53,698 nucleotides of DNA, taken from sequence record SRR31156797_365; one strand, given 5' to 3'. The translations under genes and the position numbers were made by a program. The notes under the pieces are model-generated. The model made no database searches, had not been told where the DNA came from, and saw nothing but the letters and a program-made list of their open reading frames with translations. Positions 34,201 through 42,392 of the stretch are shown one piece after another (the first letter of the stretch is position 1; each line of letters opens with the position of its first letter).

Positions 34201-35608
34201 CCTGACCAACACCATCTATGATAATCCAGCCACCCAGGCCATCATTTTTCGAAAGGCCAATAGCGTCATTACCATTGAACCACGTTAATGAATTTTCAAC
34301 ATCAGCTCTATCCCTGATATAATCATCAGCCGAACTATTACCAATTACATACACATCACCATCTTCGAGGATACCTTCAAGTGGATAGACGTTTTCATCC
34401 CATTCACCACCATTACTGATGCGGTGGGTATTGTACTCCGACAAATCAACGGGAGCACCTGTACCATTATAAATTTCAACATATTTGTTATTGCTTGAAC
34501 CTTCGGAATACTCAGAAATGAAGAGTTCGCTGGATACTCCTGCGCAAGGTCCACATCCTGAGAAACAAACCACATCTTTAACTACATCGTAATCCGAAAC
34601 ATCCAAATAACGGTTGTAACCACCAAATCCATTGTCCAGGCCACATTCACCGGGCACTGATTCCTGGAAGGCCCAGTCGTTGCCATTGATAAAAATATAA
34701 ACCAACTGTAAGTTTGGATCAACATCCATAGAGTAAGTAAACACACCGTTTCCGGCATCAGTTAATTGGGATGAACCAGGGTTCCATCCCTGGAAATTAC
34801 CGGCTACATGCACACCATTTTCAGAAACATCCTCATTGTTCATATCTACCTGTAGGGTTACATTTACCATTTCACCACAGCTATAGCAGCTTTCCCAGCA
34901 AACTACCGGCAGAGTTGCGGCTTCAGTAACCTCAACATATCTGTTCGTGAAACCAAAAGCTGAAACAGTGCAAACCTGACCTTCCGTGAAATTTTCCTGA
35001 TCTGACCAATCATCAACCGTAAACTTGTATTCATAAGCAGCGGGTAATAATGATATCGTTACTTCATAGACTCCATCCGTATCAGGATCAAGCATTTGAT
35101 CGGCAGTTCCATTCCAGCCATTCATTTCACCACTGATATAAACATTGGTAAATGTACCATCGTACTCATTCATATCCACCTGGAACGTAACATCAACAGG
35201 TTCAATCACAACCCCACAAGGATCACAGCTTTCCCAGCATACAACAGGTAATGTTACATCTTCGGTTACTTCAAAGAGCCTGTTGGTAAACCCACCGGTG
35301 GTTCTGGTACATGGCAATGCAGGATTTAAATTCTCCTGGCCGGCCCAACTGTCATGGGCAAATTTGTATTCAATTTCTCCTGCAGGTAATTGTGTAGTAC
35401 CAACCCAAATACCATCCTGTTCCGGATCTTCCAGTACAAAACAGCCACCACACCAGCCATTGAATGTGCCGTTAACTTCAGGTGTTGTGAATGTGCCACC
35501 GTATTGTGACATATCCACCTGGAAAGTGACATCATAAGTTTGGGCATTGACCATGCCTGATAGCCCAAAGGCAAAAATTGTAAAAATTAATAGTGAAATT
35601 TTCTTCAT
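31232..35608 (-). CDS. T9SS type-A cargo 'E' (1458 aa): three CBM48/E-set-like heads, LTD, chitobiase-C-like, OB-like, Kre9-like Ig, LTD, CTD
   Basis: Signal peptide VNA|Q; three VT(F/L)QVDM repeats; FISEYSEGSSNNKYVEIYN and ITEIMYNPP (LTD); IFYTTDGSDP; PNGGE; CTD IYPNP...GIYFIRL...KVIVK. Confidence 0.82.
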   Translation of the reverse strand: MKKISLLIFTIFAFGLSGMVNAQTYDVTFQVDMSQYGGTFTTPEVNGTFNGWCGGCFVLEDPEQDGIWVGTTQLPAGEIEYKFAHDSWAGQENLNPALPCTRTTGGFTNRLFEVTEDVTLPVVCWESCDPCGVVIEPVDVTFQVDMNEYDGTFTNVYISGEMNGWNGTADQMLDPDTDGVYEVTISLLPAAYEYKFTVDDWSDQENFTEGQVCTVSAFGFTNRYVEVTEAATLPVVCWESCYSCGEMVNVTLQVDMNNEDVSENGVHVAGNFQGWNPGSSQLTDAGNGVFTYSMDVDPNLQLVYIFINGNDWAFQESVPGECGLDNGFGGYNRYLDVSDYDVVKDVVCFSGCGPCAGVSSELFISEYSEGSSNNKYVEIYNGTGAPVDLSEYNTHRISNGGEWDENVYPLEGILEDGDVYVIGNSSADDYIRDRADVENSLTWFNGNDAIGLSKNDGLGGWIIIDGVGQDGDAEYWDVAGVSGATGEHTLVRKADVCGPNADWPSSAGTNADDSEWIVYPQNTWDYLGFHNAVCGGTPAADVPEFSVPAGLYFSTQMVEITCATPGAAIFYTTDGSDPDQSSMLYGGAVEINDNTELKAIAVAVGYATSFEASAYYEIETPVQVANLAELRDASGGKDGYYEVMGEVVLTFQQSFRNQKFIQDATAGILIDDNDGVITTDYNRYDGITGIIGTVSEYGNMLQFVPAVDPGAATSTENEIVPEVVTLAEFTGNFEEYESELVQILGVTFEDAGSAFSNGNEYPISDASKGEGVFRTTFYSVDYIGSTIPPVEIGVTGIGNARFEGNFITSRDFGDLEIPDYVIVTDPNGGEQVEFGTEYDITWETNLEDGALVDVYLYENDGKAEVLLAEDILIETGMYTWNVTQDYGDNYKVRISVNEPALEDMSDDFFSIIPPIDVKITEIMYNPPEGGSDTLEFVELYNNGEGILNLMDWEFTQGFNYTFPEHIFNPGEYVVVCVDAEAFLSTFGVEAYEWESGGLGNGGEDIELTDAGGVVRAYVDYDDGGDWTNLPDGYGPSLTFCDVSLENNDPLNWTASTKLAAINADGAGIYATPMAGCNEDPVLPMYYSWGWTAISSYLAPADPALQSMFAPVNSMVILLNNQGIYWPEFNVNTLGDWDNYSGYKVKFDGGTYMVYSGTPVESQEYNFVPGTVFVPILSEDPASIEELIVPLGDAVEFMFDVETGSVYWPEGGIVPGVQGALETLEPGYAYLTKFNGSGTIDFGVELPKAAPQEAIVIDNTTNWNDVMISGDQHIISIAETALNELETGDFIGAFNSEGVCVGLTQYSGDRSSIPMIVYGDDMTTNEIDGMVEGEAISFRIYRYGEEMDVQAVYNISIQNHDGLFAENGLSMIETFKVGVTGIGDPGHAYSIYPNPGNGEFNIDVVGDFDVNVTNAQGQVIFVGKISGSSVINLSDQPEGIYFIRLTGDSSSMIEKVIVK

Positions 35609-35663
35609 AACGCATAAAATTTAATGAATAATTTATTGTATTAGGTTTAAAAATAATATCCGT

Positions 35664-35745
35664 AAAAAAAAGGTTGTATTAAATGATGTTGTTTTGAAAA
35701 ATTCCATTTTTAGAATCATCATTACATAACCATTTAATACAACCT
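35664..35745 (-). terminator. Long-stem hairpin/terminator between cargo genes D and E
   Basis: Perfect 15-bp inverted repeat AGGTTGTATTAAATG (35671-35685) / CATTTAATACAACCT (35731-35745), followed by a T-run on the coding strand. Confidence 0.7.
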
Positions 35746-35770
35746 CATGAATTATTGGATTTATTATTTA

Positions 35771-38700
35771 TTACTGCTTAATGAAATTTACACTTTCGAA
35801 GTCACCACTCACTGAACTCACAAATTTAATGAAGTAGTAACCGCTTTCAAGGTTTTTAAGATTAATTAGCATCTGGTTATCAGTAATATTCTTATCCATC
35901 ACTTTTCTGCCAATTGCTGAATATACTTCCATCCTGTCAAAAACATCAGCATCCACACTTATATTGAGCATGCCTGAAGTTGGATTCGGGTATACCTCTG
36001 TTTCTGTGAACAGCTCGTTTATACCTGTTGCACCAGCCTTGAAACCAGCGACATAAGATATGCCATGTGTTTTAAACAGGCCGCTGTTTTCAAAACGCGC
36101 ATCAAATTCAGGTACAAGCTCGATGACTTTTCCGGTGGATACATCAAACAAGCAGAAGGTCACCGTTTCGCCTTCAATGAGACCGTCAACAGCATTTGTA
36201 TAGATGTCATCACCCCAGGCCATCAGTGTAGCATTTTGGCGATCAACCTGAACCATACCAGTACAATAACCGCCCTGTGTAAAGGCGCCAATTACATCCC
36301 CATCATTGAATTGTTCCATAGCCGAAGCGTCAATTCCGAATGTATGAGAAACAGATGTTGGAATCACATCGTTCCAGATCGTATTGTTGATGAATGAAGT
36401 TTCAGAACCTTCAAACCCTGCTTTACCTGCACATTCGGGGAAGATGATACTTACATCGGCACTAACTTTTATGTAATAGGCTTTTCCCGGTTCGAGGAAA
36501 TCCAGCGTGAAGAGGCTTCCGTCTGGCCACCATATCTTATCGCCACCCATTTCTTTCACAAATTCCACTTCGGTAACGTCAGTAAATAATGCAGCAGCTT
36601 CAACATCGCAATCACTCAATACGGGGAAGCTGTTCCAACCGGTGGTCAGATCAACAGATTTATCTGCCGAAGCTGTTCCGTAAAGCACCAGGTAACGGGT
36701 TGCATCCATTTTGATTTGATATCCTTTATCAGCGTCCCAGTTTCCAATGGTGTTGATGTTGAAGAAAGGATAATAAAGGCTGCTGAAATCCTGCATCACA
36801 ACAAGGTCATCCACAACACTGCTCATGTTTTGTTCTATCGATGGATCATCAAGGTCATTGTAGGTGGAAACACCAGCCCAGCCTGAGAAAATCAAAACAC
36901 CTTGTCCAGGAGTACTGAAATTCAAGGCGCCGGGTGAAGCATAGACCAGGCTACCTTCGGTATTTTCGAACGCATATACGGTTTCAGGATTCCAGTTCTC
37001 ACCCATATTATTATCCGATGCCGGATCGACGAGTGCCAGCGAAGGTCCGAAACCATCGGGAGCATTTGGCCAAAAACCACCATCGTCATAATCCACATAA
37101 TCAACTACCTCATCCGTAGCATTTCTGAGTTCGATGTCTTCACCGCCATTACTCAGGCCACCACTTTCCCATTGTAAAGCGGTGATGCCAAAAGCTTCAA
37201 GCATTACCTCTGCGCTATAGGCTACAACAAGATAATCACCGGCTGCAACATCAACATTCGGGAAAGTAAACGTTACACCCTGGCTGAAATACCAGTTTTC
37301 GAGGTTTACCATTTCAGCACCATTGTTATAAAGTTCGATGAATTCCAGCGTATCAGTGCCGGATTCCGGGGAGTTGTACATGATTTCGTTAATCACGATA
37401 TCAGGCAATTCTGCCGGAGGTACAATGGCGAATGGAGCATCACTCTCATCCATGGGGTCTCCTGTGATTGAATCAGATACCATAATGGTGTAGTTTTCAC
37501 CAGTAGCTTCTGACACCACCCAGGCATACATCATATCAGCCACTGGAGCATATCCCAGCGTTGTGACTGCTTTATCCGGTGACAAAAGATCAACCTTCAC
37601 GGTTCCGTCGTAGTTGGCATAAACCCAGGTAATATCATAGGTTGTGCCTTGCTGAACAGATTCGCCACCGTTTGGTGTAACAACAGTTATGTCGGGTTCT
37701 GTCGGGAAGTTTACGCTTCCGGGTGTACCGTTATCCTGTAAACTGGCAGCCCAGTTTTCCGGCATGCTGTTATCCAACATCGGGTCGAGCAATGAAAGTG
37801 TCGGACCTGTGCCATCTGGTTCTGTTGGCCATGGATCGGAATCAGTGTATGCAACAACATTTACCAACTGGCCAAATGGATCGAAAAGCCTCAATGCGTC
37901 TCCGCCGTTATTCAGTGCCCACTGAGCATTTCCTTCAAAATCAGGAACAAAATTCAACGGTGGTTCCAGCAATTCCAGAGAAACTGTAAAGTACTGCCCA
38001 GGAGCAATAGAATACCCGGCAGGAAATACCACCGGCGTATGTGCGTCATCGTCATCCAGGAAGTAGAATCCTTCCAGGTCAACAGTAACATCCTCGCGAT
38101 TATAAATTTCGCACCATTCATTGTCGAGACCAGGGGAGTTATACATGATTTCGTTGATCACGATATCAGGAACCGGCGATGGTTCAACGATAGAGAATGG
38201 GGCATCACTCTCGTCTGTGGGATCACCTGCTACCATGCCGGAAATAATCACAGTGTAAGTATCGCCGGGTGTTTGATCAGCAGGGATTATCCAGCTGTAT
38301 GACGCATCAAAAACTGAGATGGAATCTTCGATAAGCGTTACCGCTTTCAGGCCATCCGAAAGCTCAATTTTAACATCACCTTCAAAGAATTCCCAGCTCC
38401 ATGTGATCTCATGCGAGGTTCCCTGTGCCCAATCTTCACCACCATTTGGTGAAGTTACCGTAATGGTTGGGATGATAACCTCAAGGATAGTAAACACTTC
38501 GTCACTCTCATCCATTGGCATGTTATCAGTCATTTCGGAAATCAGGATTTTGTAATTATCACTGGTGGTAAAATCCGAAGGAATTTCCCAATCCCAAAGG
38601 CCAAATTCAACCGGAACATTTTGCGCCAGGGTTGTGGTATCTTCGAGCACAACATCAACAATCCTGATCATGATCTCTCCTGTAAATCCTGAATACGACC

Positions 38701-41700
38701 AGGTAACTTCCTGAGAGCTGCCCTGCTCAAAAACTTCTCCGCCATTGGGTGCAATCAAGGTGAGTATTTCGGCTCCGGTAACGGAATTCTGCATGCCCGG
38801 CGTTCCATCATTTACAACGCTTGCAGCCCAGCTTTCCGGCAGGCTGTTGTCCAAATCAGGATCGAGTAATTCAAGCGATGGCCCTTGACCATCCGGTTCT
38901 TCCGGCCATTCGCCGCCATCAGCATAAATAACGATATCCATTTGGATGCCGCTGGCATCTGATAAAATCACAGGTTCTCCTGTATTATTGATACCCCCTG
39001 AAAAGGGCCCAACAACATTGGTGATACCGTAGTGGCTGGTAATACTGTCAGGATTGATGGCAATCACAAGATAAGCGCCGTCATCCATCAAAGTTCCTTC
39101 ATCGAAAGTATATTCGATCGCATCGGAGATGGTCCAGTTGGACATATCCACGGCAAAACCACTGTTGTTATAAAGTTCGAGGTATTCAAAATCGCCGTCA
39201 TTGCCCAGCTCAGCTGAAGGATTGTACATGATTTCGTTGATCACGATATCCGGTTCGGGAAGTGCCTCGATGATTGAGAATACTTCATCACCCGAATCAA
39301 ACGGATCACCGCTATTCACGCCTGCAACCCGGATTTTATAATCATCAGAAATGGCTATACTTTCAGGAATGGTCCACGACCAGCTTCCTGTGTTGGTAAT
39401 ATCCTGTGCCAAAGCAATATTGGTGAAAGGTGGCTTTGTAAGGTTGATGTTTACGTTTCCGGAGAAGTTGATGTTGAGCCATTCGATATCGTAAGTCTTG
39501 GTTTGCTGCCAGGTTTCCCCGCCATTTGGCGCAAGCACCAGTATCTCCGGATCAACCTCGTTGGGAATCAGGTCATCATATTCACGTGCGGTAAGGTAGT
39601 CGCCATCAAACCGTGAATTGGGTAGGCCAATAATATCAGTAGGTACCGAAGGAATGATGGAGTCGATATAACTTGCATCGTAAAAAGTAGTCCTGAAGTC
39701 TCCTTCGGCATCCGAATCATCAATCAACGCATAAACCTGTCCGGTGGCAAATACATCACCACCATCAAGGAAAGTAGCCGATTCAACCTTAACCAATTCC
39801 GATTCATAGGTTTCAAAATTCGTAAATAATTCACCCAAAGACACAAGCTGTGGTTCGGGGAAGTTACCTGATGAAGTGGGATCACCAGGATCAGCATCAG
39901 GAACAAACTGAAGCATATTGCCATACTCGCCCAAAACACCAGTGAGGCCGGTAATACCATCGCCAATTTCATAATCGGAGGTTATGGTACCGGCATCGTC
40001 ATCAATCAGAATACCAGCTGTGGCATCCTGTACGAATTTTTGGTTACGGTTTGATTGCTGATAAGTAAGCCATACTTCACCGGTGATGGTGTAGGTATTA
40101 CCAACAACACCGGCCCGCAGTTCTGCAAGTGTTGCCACCGTTTCGGCAAAATTGTACTGGGCTGTACCGATCAAACTTGGATCGAAACCATCCAGGTACG
40201 CACGGGCTTTAACTGTGGTGGTTTCTGATACTTCGAACGGATCGATAAACAGTGTTGAACTCTGATCCGGGTCGGTGCCATCAGTGGTGTAATAAATCTC
40301 TGCATCATCGGTGTCGCAAAGGATTTCCACCATAATTGGGTTTTCATACTGCCCACCTGCGGGATCGAAATAGGGTGTTGCCACGATGTTCCCGAGCAGG
40401 AAGTCATCAAGGTTACGGCTTGTTATAAATTCACCTTCATTTCTTGAATTAGGTAAACCTACAATGTCAACAGCAAAATCAGGAATTGTTGTGCCAATAT
40501 AATCCTCATCATAGAAAGTGGTTCTGAAATTTCCTTCAGCTTTTGAAGCATCAGACATGGCATAAACAGTACCATTTGCAAAGGTTCCTCCACCATCGGC
40601 AAATGTTACACCGTTTACCTGAACGAGCTCAGACTCATAAGCATCGAAATTTGTAAACAATTCATTTAGTGTTACAACTTCCGGAGTTGGAAAGTTTCCG
40701 GATGATACAGGATCGCCCGGATCAGCATCAGGCACAAATTGCATCATACCTCCGTATTCACCAAGTGTTCCTGAAATACCCTGGATTCCGTCACCAATTT
40801 CATAATCAGTGGTAATAGCACCGGCGTCATCATCGATAAGGATACCTGCAGTTGCATCCTGAAGATACTTCTGTCCTCGGAAATCCATTTGATAGGTTAG
40901 CCATACTTCACCTGTTAAAAGATAGGTGTTGCCAATTGTTCCGTTTCTCAATTCAGCAAGGTTTGCAACAGTAGCAGGGAAATTGTATACTGCTGTAGCG
41001 ATTAAACTGGGTGTGTAATCCTCGTAATAGGCCCTGGCTTTGAGGGTTGTTGTTTCAGAAATTGAAATGGGCAGGAAGTATGGATTTGAATCTTCATCAG
41101 GATCCGACCCATCGGTGGTATAATAAATATCAGCACCTTCGGTAGCACAGGTTATCGAAACACTGATGGGCTCGGTGTAGGTGCCGGCAGGAACCGAAAA
41201 TTCAGGTGTGGCTACAATTTCACCACCCTGGCAGTTTGAAATATGGAAACCCAGATTATCCCAGTAATTCTGGGGATAAACGATCCACTGTGAATCGTCT
41301 TCGTTGGTGCCGGCTGAAAGGGCCCAATCCGTTGTGGGTTCGCAAACATCAGGTTTTCTAACCAATGTGTGTTCACCGGTGGCACCGGAAACACCGGCTA
41401 CGTCCCATGCAGAACCGGGATCTTCTCCCTGAATACCAATGGCATCAATTAGGACATCATTTTTAAAAAGGCCCAATGCATCATCACCATTAAAATAGGT
41501 AACGCTGCTTGTTGCATCAGCTTCAGCAAGAATAGAGGGGTCGGCAGAAGAATTGGCGATCACAAATACATCACCGGCTGCAAGTGTACCCGTCAGATCG
41601 TAAGTATTACCCCAGTTACCTCCATTGCTGGCCAGTTTTACCACATATGGGGTTAAATCCACATCAACGCCAAGTGTGTTGCCAATTTCCATATACTTAT

Positions 41701-42298
41701 TGTTGCTGCTTCCTTCGGCATATTCCGTAAACATCAAATCAGGGCCAGTACCCGAACCAACTTCACTTACGGTTAATGATCCGAGGTAAATCTGGTCGCC
41801 GGTTGTGTTTCCGTTTCCGTTGGCTGCATTAAAAGCTGCATAGAAAGTAACATCTCCAACCGGATCGTCAGGGGCTGTCCATTCCACGGTCCAGGATTTC
41901 GAATCACCAGTAGGTGTATTCCCCTGTGAGGTGTGGGTGGCTGCAACAGTTCCGTTGGTGAGTTGTGTTTCGGTAGGATTTAAAATTGACAATGTGCCAA
42001 CTTTATTCCCCTGGCTGTCTTCAGCGGTAAATTCAAAACCAAACTTGGTTACACCCGGATGGGTGCCCGTCATGGTGATGTTATAAACTTCACTGAGTTC
42101 AAAACCTCCGGAAGGAATATCGGATGTAATCCAATCCGAAACGCTAATGGTTGAGAAACTGTTGTGGCACTGTACACAGGCGTTCCCGTTGTCGCCGGGA
42201 GACCCGGTACGCCCACCGGGAGAGCCTGAACTATATGACATTAAGATAATGGCTATTGGTAATACCAGTAGCGGCATAAATTGTAAAAGCTTTTTCAT
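35771..42298 (-). CDS. T9SS type-A cargo 'D' (2175 aa): Reeler-like CXXCH head, four LTD, two chitobiase-C-like+OB-like units, four Kre9-like Ig, CTD
   Basis: Signal peptide; GRTGSPGD..CVQCH; FTEYAEGSSNNKY; three DIVINEIMYN; two IYYTTDG.DP; four PNGGE; CTD VYPNP...GYYFIK. Confidence 0.82.
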   Translation of the reverse strand: MKKLLQFMPLLVLPIAIILMSYSSGSPGGRTGSPGDNGNACVQCHNSFSTISVSDWITSDIPSGGFELSEVYNITMTGTHPGVTKFGFEFTAEDSQGNKVGTLSILNPTETQLTNGTVAATHTSQGNTPTGDSKSWTVEWTAPDDPVGDVTFYAAFNAANGNGNTTGDQIYLGSLTVSEVGSGTGPDLMFTEYAEGSSNNKYMEIGNTLGVDVDLTPYVVKLASNGGNWGNTYDLTGTLAAGDVFVIANSSADPSILAEADATSSVTYFNGDDALGLFKNDVLIDAIGIQGEDPGSAWDVAGVSGATGEHTLVRKPDVCEPTTDWALSAGTNEDDSQWIVYPQNYWDNLGFHISNCQGGEIVATPEFSVPAGTYTEPISVSITCATEGADIYYTTDGSDPDEDSNPYFLPISISETTTLKARAYYEDYTPSLIATAVYNFPATVANLAELRNGTIGNTYLLTGEVWLTYQMDFRGQKYLQDATAGILIDDDAGAITTDYEIGDGIQGISGTLGEYGGMMQFVPDADPGDPVSSGNFPTPEVVTLNELFTNFDAYESELVQVNGVTFADGGGTFANGTVYAMSDASKAEGNFRTTFYDEDYIGTTIPDFAVDIVGLPNSRNEGEFITSRNLDDFLLGNIVATPYFDPAGGQYENPIMVEILCDTDDAEIYYTTDGTDPDQSSTLFIDPFEVSETTTVKARAYLDGFDPSLIGTAQYNFAETVATLAELRAGVVGNTYTITGEVWLTYQQSNRNQKFVQDATAGILIDDDAGTITSDYEIGDGITGLTGVLGEYGNMLQFVPDADPGDPTSSGNFPEPQLVSLGELFTNFETYESELVKVESATFLDGGDVFATGQVYALIDDSDAEGDFRTTFYDASYIDSIIPSVPTDIIGLPNSRFDGDYLTAREYDDLIPNEVDPEILVLAPNGGETWQQTKTYDIEWLNINFSGNVNINLTKPPFTNIALAQDITNTGSWSWTIPESIAISDDYKIRVAGVNSGDPFDSGDEVFSIIEALPEPDIVINEIMYNPSAELGNDGDFEYLELYNNSGFAVDMSNWTISDAIEYTFDEGTLMDDGAYLVIAINPDSITSHYGITNVVGPFSGGINNTGEPVILSDASGIQMDIVIYADGGEWPEEPDGQGPSLELLDPDLDNSLPESWAASVVNDGTPGMQNSVTGAEILTLIAPNGGEVFEQGSSQEVTWSYSGFTGEIMIRIVDVVLEDTTTLAQNVPVEFGLWDWEIPSDFTTSDNYKILISEMTDNMPMDESDEVFTILEVIIPTITVTSPNGGEDWAQGTSHEITWSWEFFEGDVKIELSDGLKAVTLIEDSISVFDASYSWIIPADQTPGDTYTVIISGMVAGDPTDESDAPFSIVEPSPVPDIVINEIMYNSPGLDNEWCEIYNREDVTVDLEGFYFLDDDDAHTPVVFPAGYSIAPGQYFTVSLELLEPPLNFVPDFEGNAQWALNNGGDALRLFDPFGQLVNVVAYTDSDPWPTEPDGTGPTLSLLDPMLDNSMPENWAASLQDNGTPGSVNFPTEPDITVVTPNGGESVQQGTTYDITWVYANYDGTVKVDLLSPDKAVTTLGYAPVADMMYAWVVSEATGENYTIMVSDSITGDPMDESDAPFAIVPPAELPDIVINEIMYNSPESGTDTLEFIELYNNGAEMVNLENWYFSQGVTFTFPNVDVAAGDYLVVAYSAEVMLEAFGITALQWESGGLSNGGEDIELRNATDEVVDYVDYDDGGFWPNAPDGFGPSLALVDPASDNNMGENWNPETVYAFENTEGSLVYASPGALNFSTPGQGVLIFSGWAGVSTYNDLDDPSIEQNMSSVVDDLVVMQDFSSLYYPFFNINTIGNWDADKGYQIKMDATRYLVLYGTASADKSVDLTTGWNSFPVLSDCDVEAAALFTDVTEVEFVKEMGGDKIWWPDGSLFTLDFLEPGKAYYIKVSADVSIIFPECAGKAGFEGSETSFINNTIWNDVIPTSVSHTFGIDASAMEQFNDGDVIGAFTQGGYCTGMVQVDRQNATLMAWGDDIYTNAVDGLIEGETVTFCLFDVSTGKVIELVPEFDARFENSGLFKTHGISYVAGFKAGATGINELFTETEVYPNPTSGMLNISVDADVFDRMEVYSAIGRKVMDKNITDNQMLINLKNLESGYYFIKFVSSVSGDFESVNFIKQ

Positions 42299-42351
42299 TG
42301 TACTAGGTTTTTAAGTTTGAAAATATTTTTAAGAAGTGTTGTACACGAAAC

Positions 42352-42386
42352 AAAAAAGGCACCCCGGAATAACCGGGATACCTTTT
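42352..42386 (-). terminator. Intrinsic terminator between cargo genes C and D
   Basis: Minus strand GGTATCCCGG-TTATT-CCGGGGTGCC followed by T6. Confidence 0.8.
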
Positions 42387-42392
42387 AGATTC

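Noticed and set aside
35686-35730. Invertible promoter between the 15-bp inverted repeats
   Set aside because: The spacer is only 45 bp and has no TAnnTTTG in either orientation. The U-tract favours an RNA hairpin or terminator.
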